Part shown: piece after piece, positions 28,291 through 40,771 of the stretch
Layout: each line of letters starts with the position of its first letter
How positions within the stretch are numbered: the first letter of the stretch is position 1
Source: Octopus sinensis
Lineage: Eukaryota
Assembly (NCBI RefSeq): GCF_006345805.1
Contig: NC_042998.1
Coordinates: forward strand, 128,526,001 to 128,590,000
Direction of reading: 5' to 3'
Length of the DNA: 64,000 nt
Notes under the pieces: model-generated
The model's database searches: none
What the model saw: only the letters and a program-made list of their open reading frames with translations
What the model was told of the DNA's origin: nothing
Position numbers and translations under genes: made by a program

Positions 28291-28738
28291 TGAGTGAAAA
28301 GCTGGGGGAGAGACATAGTTAGCATTAGGAAGGGCATCCAGCCATAGAAACTATGTCAAAACAAACACTGGAGTTTTGAACTCCAATGTTTGTTTTGACA
28401 GTTTCTATAGCTGGATGCCCTTCCTAATGCTATATTTTCCCCACATTTTCACTCCCTCTCTCATGTGTGTGTGTGTGTGTGTGTGTATGCATACATATAT
28501 GTATATATATATTTTATTCAGTTTAAACATTTACAAAAATTGTTATAATCAATAAATTACTGCTAATCCTAAACTCAACAAAGTATAGTTTTAGAACACA
28601 CACACACACAGAACTACCTTTGGAAAATCTGCAACCAATCTGGTTTGTTGTCGAGTAAAGAGAAATAAGGGATAAAAAAAAAAAATAAAATGTACACAAG
28701 ATTTTAAAGTTTAAAAATATTTCCGTTAAACTGCTTAC

Positions 28739-28821
28739 TTTTGGGAATATCTTCTGCTCTGTATAATCTTACTGTAAAAGTAGCAGGTCGTAAGCTGACT
28801 CCAGCTGGTCGAAGAAGGTTG
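28739..28821 (-). CDS. MYOF-like: Ferlin exon (A)NLLRPAGVSLRPATFTVRLYRAEDIPK(M) (FerI / start of C2C)
   Basis: tttttgtag|C AAC...AAA A|gtaagc, 83 nt, phase 2-1. NLLxPAG..YRAEDIP ferlin motif. Confidence 0.95.
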
Positions 28822-29567
28822 CTACAAAAACATAATATCCAGAAACTCAAAACCAAATATATAAAAGTAACTGAATTTTCAGTATAGTATTGTGGTTTGT
28901 TAAATAACCTATTGCATTTCATTTTAAATTAATGTTTCAAAATATTTTTTTAAAAAAATGAATAAAAATTTCAAGGATTCCACCCATGAATTAACAGTAT
29001 TGTTAGAATGTCAGATGAAATTGCTTGCAGTATTTTATTCAAGCTCCTTATATTTGAGTTCAAATCCTGCTGAGATCAATGTTGCTGTTTATTTTTCTCT
29101 GATCAATAGAGTGGTGGACTGATGGAATCATTAGAATGCCATTAAGAATACCTTACACTGATTCTTTGCATTCTGAATTTAAATTCTCCTATAGCCTAGA
29201 CTACCACCTGATATTTGAGTTCCTTTAACAGAGTTTGTTGCAAATATTTAAGCCAGGTTTCTAGTTTGAAAATATTTAATATCTTCCTCTTTCTCAACCA
29301 TTCATCTCTGTGGTTCTGAAATGTGTTAAGGTAACTGTCCTTCCTTCCTAAGTGATTAAAAAAATTAAATGAAATGTTTGTTTGGTAGTTCCAGATCTTT
29401 GGTTAATTATATTTACAAAAAAAAAAAAAAAAAAAAATGCAAATTACTAGAATAGGATTATCTGAAATGAAGCACCTCAGATATATACATATCTTAAACA
29501 ACCCGGCTAAGAAATGTTTTAAAATGGAGGCTTTTTTTTGTTATTTACCAAAATAAATTGTGGCACA

Positions 29568-29765
29568 AGGCCAGAAAGTTCAAGGCAGTGGGTAAGTTGA
29601 TTACATCAACCCTAGTGCTTGACTGTTACTTATTTTATCAACCCCTTGAAAGGATGAAAAGCAAAGTGGTCTTTGGTGGAATTTGAACTGAGAATGTAAA
29701 GATGGATGGAATGTCACTAAGCATTTTGTTTGGTGTGTTTATGATTCTTCCAGCTTGCCACCTTT
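29568..29765 (-). mobile_element. tRNA-related SINE family (GAGTTCAAATT..GTCGACTTTGCCTTT..AAGTACCAG); other copies at about 19740-19930, 24900-25030, 29890-30020, 43713-43929
   Basis: B-box-like GAGTTCAAATTCC and a shared central domain across copies. Confidence 0.65.
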
Positions 29766-31049
29766 ATTTATCTAAATATTAAGATTAAACTGTATTTTAC
29801 TTTTGTAAAATACCACTCCAGCTAGTCTATTATAATCCCACTCTCAGCTAGGATGCTTTATAGGAATATGAAATAAATTAGAGTACCTAACTGGTACTTT
29901 ATTTAATTGATCCTGGACAAGTGAAAAGTAAAGATGACCTTAGTGGTATTTGAACTCAGAACATAAAGAATCATAACTAAACACTACAGACATTTTGTCT
30001 GACACACTAAAGATTCTACCAATCTCTATTTTAATTGAAAAAGGACAAGTTTTCTTGTAATTTTGACATTTAATCTGGATCAATGATAGACATGACTTTT
30101 CAATAAAAATGTTTTAAATTTCAAAGCAATGATCGACTCACACTTAAATACCACATTTTATAGGACAACAGCTTGAATGAGAAAGAAAGCCTCATTTTCT
30201 ACTCATCAATAACTAACGAAATCAAGGATTATTCTAAAACTGGGGATTCAAACAAGAAATTATAAACAATTCAATTGAATAAAAGTAATAACTTGAATTT
30301 ACATTAGATTTTAGCTTTTGTTATATTAATATAAATCTGATTTACCCAAAGTAAAAAACTAAAAAAAAAACTGTCAATACATTAAAAATGAAGTATTTTA
30401 TTTCTTCCTTTAAAATTTGAAAAGTTCTTGAATTTTGATTTTCAACAACTTAATTTATTTAATGGTATTAATCTTTTAGCATTTGAATTACTGTCAAATG
30501 TTATGCTTATTTATTCTTCTTGTTTTGAATCAAGGTTTCAATGATGTGATTGTTTATTTGTAGAATAATGTTGTAGAGTAGGTGTGAGAGGCCACATCCA
30601 GCCGGTTTGAACATAAAACCGGTAGAATACTTGGGCCTATTTAAATGCAATAGCTTTCATTCTGCTAGAATAATTTTATAAATAAACCTCACTACTTATA
30701 TGCAGAACACTTGGAGCTGAAAATGTCTTCAAGTCTTTCTTTCTTTATATCATGCATAATACAAGAATGTCTTTTTCATTTAATTATAACATCTTCAATG
30801 TGGAATTGTTCCAAGCTTCATATTTACAATTAACATGCTCTATTGTATATAGAGCTAAAGACAAACTGAAGTAAACAAACAAATAAAATTTATTTGAATA
30901 TCAGTTCACTTTATATGTACATACATTTTTTATATGGTTTACATCTCTTTTATTTCACTTATATACGGAACACTGTACCAACAACACTGCCCACAGGCAG
31001 TATTCTTCTTATGTTCCACCAAACAGGTGATCACACGAGAAGTTTGCTA

Positions 31050-31870
31050 AAAATCAGGGCTGGCAAACACTTTGCAAGGAAGTGGGCTTTTGAGGTTTTG
31101 TGGGGTATTCATTCTGCAAAGCTCTGACTGGGCTTGAAGTTACTGGAGCAGCAAAGAAACTGCAGAGAAGGAGACTGGGTGGCTTTGGATAAAGAGGGCA
31201 GACAAGTGGTTTGCTGCTACTGGGATGAAGCTGATACTTGATCAATCTTGGCTGAGTCAAATGGGTGAGAGAGTCTGATGCTGAAACACCCTGGGAATCC
31301 AGAAACATCACTGACAATGCATTCCAGAACATCACTGATGATGCATTTCAGAACATCCATGAGATGTATTTTGAAACTATATATATACTTCACCATTTCA
31401 TATTTTAAGGAAAATGCATGAAATCTATTTTTTCTTTGTCTCTACTCAAGAACATAAGCCTTAAAAGACCTATAACCCAAAAGGCAACCATCACCAAACA
31501 AAATGTCATCTCCAGCAGCATAACCTCTGAGATTGTTAGGAGGAAAGGGCCAAGGGAGTGGGGGAGATAAGTGAGTTGGAAAAGGCTGAGTGGAGGTGGC
31601 ATGATCCCAGCCAGCTTACAGGGCTAGAGACTGGAGTATGCCTGTAAAAGACTTTGTGCCAATAAATCAGATTAGTTCTTTTCTGGATATTGTCCTAGAA
31701 GTGAGCACAACAATCCATTATGGACCCCACACCAGCTTTGTAGAGAATTGATAATTGTTGGGGACTGAAGTATCTTCTGGTCCTGAAGAGAGGAGCTAGT
31801 AGTTGGGATGTGTTTTCATTAAAAAAGATCCTCAGTGATAGTGAGACCCAGTAAATGGAACCAGTGTTAG
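31050..31870 (-). mobile_element. Degenerate CR1/L2-type LINE ORF2 fragments
   Basis: Minus-strand remnants LLGLTITEDL, LFRTRRYFSP and LSILYKA...MDCCAH (post-RT region), followed by endonuclease/RT-linker-like pieces, with stops and frameshifts. Confidence 0.55.
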
Positions 31871-32156
31871 AAATATGAAGATGTAAATAAATTTTGTAGA
31901 AACTAAAAGTTATGGAAAAAAAAGGAAATCATTATAAACAAGGCATTTTAGATGCAAGAAATACATAATAATTTTTCACATAGGGTAAACCTATCACCAC
32001 CATAGTTCTAAGCCAAATATATGTAGTAGAAGGTCTTTGTTTACATTATAGGCAAAGTTGGGCTCAGGAATCAAAATAGTCAGACAGACAACTAATTTAA
32101 ATTGGAATCAAGACAAAAGTATTCAACCATTACAAAGTTATGTTTATAATACTTAC

Positions 32157-32200
32157 GCTTCAATGTCTTCAGCCTCATTCTGAGATGATGCTTTAATAGA
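32157..32200 (-). CDS. MYOF-like: Ferlin exon SIKASSQNEAEDIE(A) (FerI)
   Basis: ctttctttgtag|TCT...GC|gtaagt, 44 nt, phase 0-2. Fits the flanking exons exactly. Confidence 0.88.
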
Positions 32201-33891
32201 CTACAAAGAAAGATTTGGATCTTAAAGAAATGCATCGTTGTTATATAAATTCAACATTGAAGTGATCACAACCATAGGTTCATAAAAATGACTTATAATC
32301 AGGAACTGACATCACAGTTGCATTGCATTGCATAGATATGTTAAATATTCTTATCCTTATTTTGAAATATATAACAAAAAATTGAGGTCTTTCCCAAGCT
32401 ATAGGCTCATAATGCTGATTTCCTGGATTCTGTGGCATATATATTATCTTTCCTCCTCGATGGGATGCCAGTCCATTGAAGGATTACTCATTTTTGCCAG
32501 ATAAGTGGACTGGAGCAATGCAAAATGAAGTGTTTTACTCAAGAACACAACACATTGCCCAGTTCAGGAATCAAAACTACAATTTTATAATCATGAATAC
32601 AATACCCATGCACCTCCACATTTTACAACACAAACACACACACACACATCCATACATACATACATATGATAAATAGAAAAAAAAAAGAAAAGCCAAGCAT
32701 AAAATGAACCTTTAACCAACACCCTTTAGTAAGCAATTAATATAGGTATTTCCAAGTTACTGAAGAAAGTTATCTTAGAGAAGCAAAAGATTTCCAAGTT
32801 ACCTTTCTTGTAGGAAGCATATCAGTTTGTTGTAGATATAGATAAGTGAGTGTTTGTCTGTCTGTATATGTGCACATACTAGTTCTTAATATCTAAGCAT
32901 ATTTATAACAGTGAAAGATTAAAACTCTACTTTCGGTTAGTCTAAATGTAAATGGATGAACTAATTTCAGAAAACATACAAATGAGGCTTGGACAACAAA
33001 TTTATTTCAATATACAAGATTGAAAGACTTGATTACAAACGTGAATAAAATTATACATTATCAAAAATATTTTTTCTTCTTTATATATTAACATTTAGCA
33101 GTTAAATATTACCACATGACTAAAAGAAATAATTAGGATTTACAAACAATAATACAAAAAAATATTTCCATTGTTGTCTTTAAATAGCAAATATCACCTC
33201 AAGCATATTATGCAGTAAAAATTCAAAGAATTTATATGACTAGTATGAAGAGTCAAGTCAACAAACTACAGAAAATAGTGAAATGTTAGGGAGAGATATT
33301 AACTTTTACTATCAGTCTTAATGTATTGATATGATTCCAAGGCTATAATAATACTGAGGAGTAATTAAATTTTATGAAAGCTGTCTGAATTCAAAGGATA
33401 CATTCAGCTTAGTTTAGAGTATTTATAACAATACTTAACCATAAGTGATTTCAAGAACTATTAAGAATGATCTCAGTAAAAAGTTGATTGTATTGTTTAG
33501 AATTAAGACAGAAAAATAATCTAGAAATGATTATGCCATTGATTTTGAAAAGCATTTCAATATAAACCCAAACATTTCATTAACAAAATGAATCTTTCAG
33601 TTTCTTAATGTCAAACTTTTAAACAATACAACCATCAGCTTGAGATTAAGATAATTATAAATAGCAGATAAAAGACTAGTTTTATAAAATTCTGTTCATA
33701 TCAGTAAAATATCCAAATTGAAAAAAACAGAAAAGAAAAAGAAATTGAGAAGCTAAGTTTAATTAAATATATATATTAAGAATAAAAACAAAAATTAGAA
33801 TTTTAAAGAAGTTAAAGAATTGTGGTTAATGAGCAAAGAAAGAAGATTTGTTTCCAAGATACCTGCATAACCACATCTGAATGATTAAAAG

Positions 33892-34256
33892 CTGTAGATG
33901 TTCATTCAGAAAATCACGAACCTATAATGCATAATAGGGTGGAGCCCCATCCTGCTGAAACCAGACAGAATTTCCCCTTCCAAGTGAATGCACGTGAGGC
34001 ATCTTGTTGCTAAGCATGTCCAGATACGAATCACCTGTCACAGAGCCCTCAAAATAAAACGGTCCAATTACTTGATTGTGCTAAATCCCACACTACACTA
34101 CACCATTACCTTGCCCTCGTTTTGTTGATTATCTGCCTCCATTCAATGAGGATTGGTTTGTGAGTAATAGTGGCAGTTGTGAAAACAGATAAAAAAAGAG
34201 AATGTTAGCAATTTCACATATTGCAGGATGGTGCATGACTTTATGGCCACCCTGTA
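33892..34256 (-). mobile_element. Tc1/mariner transposon relic (internally deleted)
   Basis: Terminal repeat TACAGGGTGGCCATAAAG at 34256. Peptide QVIGPFYFEGSVTGDSYLDML...VWFQQDGAPPYYAL*VRDFLNE at 34074-33892 contains the second catalytic Asp motif FQQDGAP. Confidence 0.85.
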
Positions 34257-34952
34257 GTTTCGTAAATCACTTGATTCTGAAGTAAATGTATTAACTTGTA
34301 TTGTAATTGTGCTGTATTGCATTGTACTTGTTCTTGTAGTTATATTACATCAATAGTTTGTTACCCTTATATTACAACCACTAATAACTGAATAGTGTTA
34401 ATTAGTTTTAGTGATTAGCTAGGGAATAGTTTTTTTGTCTACCAAAAATCTTTAACTTGATTGAGGAGTCAAGCAGTAGCAAATAAAATTTTGAAGCAAA
34501 ATGTTTGGATGATGAGACAGTTAGGAGAATGAATGACTTATGATCTTGGATCAAGACAAGCATGAAAATTTGAGAAATTTATCAATATCAACACTGAGAT
34601 AGATAAAGAATTTTAGTATTGTAGTGGGTATATATCAAGGAAGGCTATCCTCAGTGGGTATCTATCAAGGAAGGCTATTCTCAACTATCTTATAGTAATG
34701 TCCGAGGAATTCAAGAATGGATGGTCAGTAATATTTTTCTGTAGAGAGTCTTAAGATGAAAAAAAAAATTTTTTTTAATTTTAGAAAAACTCTCAAATCA
34801 AAAGGATGGAATGAGAACTTCAAAGGTATTAAAGATGCTAAAAAGTTGCTCGTGTCAGGAACAAAAAAAAAGAAAAAAGAAAAAAAGGCACTAGCACAGA
34901 AATAGTAAATCTTGCTTCATACATAAAAAGTGAGTATACAGAGAGTCTACAG

Positions 34953-35117
34953 TAGTGGTTCCCAACCTTTTCACTACCAAGGACACCTTTTATTTAAATG
35001 AGATTTCCCCCAGACCCCAGGATATTGAAAGGTCTGTCAGCTTAACATGCTGACGGATCCCTAGCACTACTTTTGTGAACCACCAGGGGTCTGCGGACCA
35101 CAGGCCAGGAATCATTG
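34953..35117. mobile_element. hAT-Charlie-type MITE (165 bp)
   Basis: Ends TAGTGGTTCCCAACC...GGAATCATTG, flanked by the 8-bp duplication GTCTACAG (34945-34952) / GTCTATAG (35118-35125). Confidence 0.75.
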
Positions 35118-36776
35118 GTCTATAGAGTAATCATCGCAAATAATGAATACACATAAAGAAAAAAAAAATGAAGTGGGATCTCAGGTAGATTGCTCAGAAA
35201 TCAGAAGTGTCCTTGACTAAAACCATAACAGTCACTCATATGTGAGTATGACCTGGTAACATATATCTGCATTAATTGTTTCATGAGCAGATACAGGCAC
35301 CCTCTTGGTCTTCACACTCCTTGATCCAACAGAACATTGAGGATGTGAAAGCTGGAGGGAGAAAGAGCTGCACTACATCATATTTGAGTAGTTGATAGAA
35401 TATGTAAACAGAAACTAAGCATTCAGTTATTTAGCTTAATAGAAGAAATTCCTAAGTTTTATAAGCTCTGTGTCAATTATTAATGGAATGGAATATAGAG
35501 ATAGCGTATTGGACAGGGTTTGATAGAACAGGAAATGGTGAGATAATTGCCCCTCTGCTAGTAATATTTTCTCTCTGTATGAAAAGTAAACAACATGAAA
35601 TGTGTAAGCAATGCAATGCTTTTTGGGGCATTAACCTAAGTTATGACTAAGTGAACGAATATATCAAAACTGATGAAGAATCCACTTGATAATGGTTGAA
35701 TGCAAATAGCCATCAAAAACATTGGCTGATGTATGGAAAAAAAAAGGAAAAAAAAAAAGAACTATGCACATTCATATATAAACAGAAATGAATCATACAT
35801 GCTGAGGAAAAATTACCCTGAAGTTGTTCCTTAGGCAAATTCTGTAGAATTAGACTAAAGAAGACTTTGTAAGGAGCAAGTTCTGACATAAAAATTTGTC
35901 AGGTCTCATGAGTGAAATGACACAAGATCAGGATGCTACATTGCCTATCTGTCAAACCATGCCAGCACAATGGTGACAATGAAGATAATGACTATGAGAG
36001 CAGCTATGTAGCAAGGATAAATGAAATTAAGAAAAATCAACTTAGCTGATATGCTAAATAGCAATTAGCAAAAAAAGCATATGATTTAATGAATTTAAGG
36101 GTGTACTGAAAACCACTTTTATTGACTTACCTCTAAAGTTTTCATCTAAGAGTGCAAAAGAAAACCACATAGAAAGATTTTAATTCAAATAAAAAATAAA
36201 AGCATGACCACAAAACAAAATCTTGACACATGTAAAGCAAATTATATGCTTTTATCAAACAGAAAATAAACAAATGACCTGTTCAAGATAGAACACCAGT
36301 TTCGGTAGCCTAATTTATTAAATTCAAAATTATGAACAATCTACAAATATTAAGTCCATAACTGCTGGAAATACGTAAACATTTTTCTTTGATGATAGCC
36401 CACATTTTGAACAGGAGAAAAACTTATACAAAAGGGGTGGCAGTAACTTCAAAGTTTTGGCCTTTTTGCTTTTATTCAACAAAGGCTAACAGGTTGAAAC
36501 TTCAAAGTCATTATCACTTCACTTCTTGTAAAAGTTTAGCAAGCATGTGCTCTACTAAAAAGCATAAGTACTTCTGTAGTTTAATGCTAAATCGTTCTTA
36601 TATACAACTTGAAATAAACACACATACATATATACATGTGTGTGTGTAATTCATTTGGACAATTAGTGTGTTGAGTAAAGCATGTTCACAGTTTGGGCTA
36701 CCTGGTATCATCCACGGTGGGGGTATATATCTGCTGGATCTACATCAGGAATTCCAGTGATAATTGAGATAATAAT

Positions 36777-37519
36777 TAATGAAGGAAACAGAAGATAGAT
36801 TTAGCACTAGTCTTTATTCAGTACAACAATCGTTTTGACCCATCCTACAACTATCCGTTGCGGGTAGGATTTCATGCATCTAATAGTGTTGCATCAGTCT
36901 GTGCAATTTGTGTCACATCAGGTACATGCATAAAGAAGGGGATGTCCTGCAGGATATACTGAGATGTCCTAGGTATGGTGTTCTTGCCTACTGTATTTTG
37001 GTTATGACCAGCTACAGCTGTCTGTGGGTATACAACATAAAATTAAAATCATACAATCATAAGATATCGAGAGTACAAGCTATCAAAGAGGGTTTACATT
37101 TAAGTTAATGAGGAAAGGTGTGCACTGCTGGTCATGAGTGAGTGTGTGTTCATGACAGAGTGCACACTCCTCTCCATTAATCTAAATGTACTCTCTCTTT
37201 GACAGGTTCTACTCTCTATACTTTATAATTGTATGATTTTTATTTTATGTTATATACTCAGAGACAACTGTAGCCAGCTCCATTAGTTAGTCATAACCAA
37301 AATGCAGCAAGCAAGAACAACATGCCTAGGACAACTCAGCATATCTAGTGAGACATCTTCTTTATGCATGTACCTGATACAACACAAACTGCATAGATTG
37401 ATGCAACACAATTAGATGCCCAATATCCTACCCATAACAGACAGTTGCGGGATGGGTCAAAACGATAATCATACTAAAAAGACTAAGTGATAAATCTACC
37501 TTTCATTTCCTTCATCAAT
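36777..37519. mobile_element. Large diverged fold-back element (about 370-bp arms)
   Basis: Arms align in reverse complement along their length, with the centre near 37140 (GTGTGCACT..TCATGA / TCATGA..AGTGCACAC). Confidence 0.7.
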
Positions 37520-37739
37520 TGTTATATATATATAAAACATTCTGCTGGATAGTATTTGGCACAGCAGACAAGATCTCAGTATATTAAAGTAGTGCATGTC
37601 TAGTTTGAGGAGTTTGGATTATGGGAAGATGAAACCTATGTACAGGTTAAGGAGGAAGGTAGGATGGGTCATCTAATTATTAGTATGTATGAGAAATATA
37701 AAATAAAATTATTAATGAGCAGAAGGAAGAGTATGGGAT

Positions 37740-38290
37740 ATAAGTGGACCTTGGAATATACTAGACTTAATCTAGATAGGAATAATCCTGTCAGCATATA
37801 GTACAATTCAGTTGTCTAGCAAGAGATAATTCCAATCCAAGATTGATAGAAACTTTAGCTTCTCAAGACAGCCACAATAATGTCATTTGCTTGTCTCAAA
37901 GTAACAACATTGTTTTGTTAAAGCTTTCAATGATGAGAATGCATAAGCATTGATGTAGGAGTGCAATTCTCAGATACATCTTATTCTAAAGAAACTGTAC
38001 TGGTAACCACTGAGAAGAGAAAAAGAAAATGTATTAAAAGAGATGGTTGATCATAAGTCACCTTTATGGATAGGAAGGTGATAAAGCAGCCATTAGCAGG
38101 GTTGGAAAGGTTACTCTTCTTGAGTTCACACTATTACCTTTCCATACATAAGGATATATTACTCTGGATGAATAGGAGAAAAATTTGATGAGGATATTGA
38201 ATACTGTAGAGCACATTGTTTGAGGTTAACAAAGTGGATGCCATGAGAACCAATCACGTGATGGTAGTGACAGACTACATTCTTTTTAAC
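37740..38290 (-). mobile_element. Highly degenerate CR1/L2-type LINE reverse transcriptase remnant
   Basis: Remnants GSHGIHFVNLKQCA (cf. GPDGIHPRVLKECA), YPYVWK, PIHKGD and LYADR (cf. YADD) in the expected order. Confidence 0.55.
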
Positions 38291-38736
38291 ACATGGTGAT
38301 CAAACATTGTGTGGAGAGGGTGAGTTCGGAAGATCTCAGTCAGGATCTTTTGCCTTGATAGATTAGATAAATAAATTTTTGTTTGTGTCAGATTTTATAT
38401 GAATGTAATTTCTTATAGGTATTTTCATACTATTAGTTATGTTGCAGAATGCTATGCTAATTTCATACTATTAGTTATGCTGCAGAATGCTATGCTAAGA
38501 AAGGCAACACAATCTAATATAGACAACTAATTTTTCTAGAAGCTTTAGAATGTGATCTACATCAGCTAAACTTAACAAATGAAAATAAGAGATAACTTAT
38601 GAATCAAGAGTCTGAATTCCTATAGAAAGCAATTAACAAAAATTAGCTAAAAAGAAAAACAATAACAAAACATGCATAAGAGAAAATATTGCCAACACAC
38701 AACAAGCTGAGGTAAATTAAAGTAACTTTAACTTAC

Positions 38737-38883
38737 AGGTGATTCATCACCAGGCCCAAGAACAATTGCACATATTTTGAGGTAACCTTTACAACCAGCC
38801 AATGTGTCATCTGGGTCACTAAGAAGAAGCCATTTCCCAATAAATGCATGTGTAGGTTCATCATAGACCATTCCAATATCCAT
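38737..38883 (-). CDS. MYOF-like: Ferlin exon [49 protein letters not shown] (end of C2B / FerI)
   Basis: ttctcttag|ATG...CCT|gtaagt, 147 nt. Contains the ferlin [21 protein letters not shown] signature. Confidence 0.95.
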
Positions 38884-38964
38884 CTAAGAGAAGAAAAAGA
38901 AAATATTATAAGCATACAATTTTTCAATAATTTTGTTTACCAATTATAGTTTTATAGTACACAA

Positions 38965-38970
<6 letters not shown>

Positions 38971-39036
<66 letters not shown>
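38971..39036. repeat. (TA)33 microsatellite about 90 bp from a ferlin acceptor site
   Basis: Direct reading. Many other (TA)n, (CA)n and (CAT)n tracts occur in the window. Confidence 0.95.
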
Positions 39037-39039
<3 letters not shown>

Positions 39040-40720
39040 CACTGTTCTGTAATGGTAAGATCAACAAGAGTGATAGACTGTTCAAATGCAACGGAAAATT
39101 TTGCCAGCAATGAATATTGTTTATTAAACATAAAAATCTACCTTGCAGTGAATGCAATGAATCTAAATTTGTGAAAAACCTGTATTTCAAATATTCAATA
39201 AACTTCAGAAATCAAAATTACAGGAAATTTCTTGGAACATGGATTTAAAAAAAAATTTCCAGATGGTCAAGCCTTTAATAATTGCTTTCTTTTAGTAACT
39301 GTTACATACCTAATTAATAAGCAGCTTTCTCCATTATAATATGCCCCAGTGATGTTTGATCAAAGGTTAAGGATGGATGAGAATTAATTCTGCAATCCAA
39401 ATATTCTATTGTTCCAGTCCCAAGTTGAATTCCAACTATTGGCCAATTTGTCTCAAAGTTCTTATCTTGATGTAAAATTAATGAAGTCATTTATCTCCTC
39501 CTTGATCTCTGATGCCATATGATAAACATCACCAAAATGGCATGAATCAGCCAAGAATTATCTGCTAGAAATAGCAACCCAAATGCTTTTAAATCAGATC
39601 CCAATGTTGGACGTTCAAGAACCAAATGTAGGGCAAATTTTCAATCTCGGTATCATCCTGATTCCAAAATAGTATGATATGTCTACGTAGAGCAAATGTA
39701 GACTGAATTATAGGGATCCTAGACGGACAGACAGAATTTTGCTTTTATTAATATAAATGATTATGAGCACAACACCCTAACCACTGGGACATCTTGTATT
39801 ATCACATATGCACACAGAATCCAAATGCAACTTAGTACTAAAGGTGCTTTTAATTGTACACAGTTCTTGATTCAACTTGGCTGAAAATATGTAACAAAAC
39901 AATACTGATTCTGATAATTGTTCATCGAGAATATACCTCTTAATACAAATACATTAATTAAAGCAAGGATATTATACAGTTATTGAAACTGTGTCAAAGT
40001 ATGAAGTTTGCTTATATTGTTAGGGTGTTAGGGTACAAACCTACTGTTTATTACAAAGAGTCCTAACTATATTCTGCTTAGATATAAATGATCAAAAATC
40101 TCTTGTCTCATAATTTATATGGTGGCCTTTCCTGTTGATTAATTGCATAATATCACTGGGAAAGGTCAGCTCCATCTTAAAAAGAAACATATTCTCTTCA
40201 GTTGAAAGTCAACTATTCTAATCTTTTATTTCCTGATATTCATTTTTTTTTTTTTTGCTGTTGGTTGTTTTTTGTAGTGCTTGTCCATGGTGATAAGTTA
40301 TTCTGCCCATATTCCATAAAACCTTTTAGTAATATGCAAATTTAATCCTGCATATTACGACAGCAACTGGCCAACTTCAGTAAATCAATAGTCAGTGCTG
40401 TGAAAAAAACCTCTCTTTTCATATATTTAGTGAAAACACAAATGCAATGTTCCAGAAAACTTACAAAACAAACATTAAAAATTGTTACATATTCAAAAGC
40501 ATAGTCTGTGTCAATTATTGAATATTTTAACCACATGTGACAAACTAATAGACTACATGCTAGTTGTCATTAACAAAATTAGAAGAGCAATTTTTACTAT
40601 AATGAAAATATTACATAGTCAATACTTTTTCTTAATTTATGTTTTTTTTAGATGATTTTTATTGGATGTTTTGTTAATCGACACCAAAGTGAAACTATGA
40701 ATGAATAAATAAAATTTTAC

Positions 40721-40771
40721 CTTAAAAGAACCTATGAGTGAGTCAGATCGTAACTTCCTCGAGTTGAACAC
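40721..40771 (-). CDS. MYOF-like: Ferlin exon VFNSRKLRSDSLIGSFK (C2B)
   Basis: cttttgcag|GTG...AAG|gtaaaa, 51 nt, phase 0-0. Compare MYOF VYNSHSLRADCLMGEFK. Confidence 0.93.

Noticed and set aside
36825-36900. Hammerhead-like look (hairpin followed by GGGTCAAAACG) in the large palindrome
   Set aside because: No CUGANGA-equivalent core in register with the stem.
34623-38498. Short tandem duplications (30 bp at 34623-34682; 38 bp at 38423-38498)
   Set aside because: Ordinary slippage products with no sign of function.
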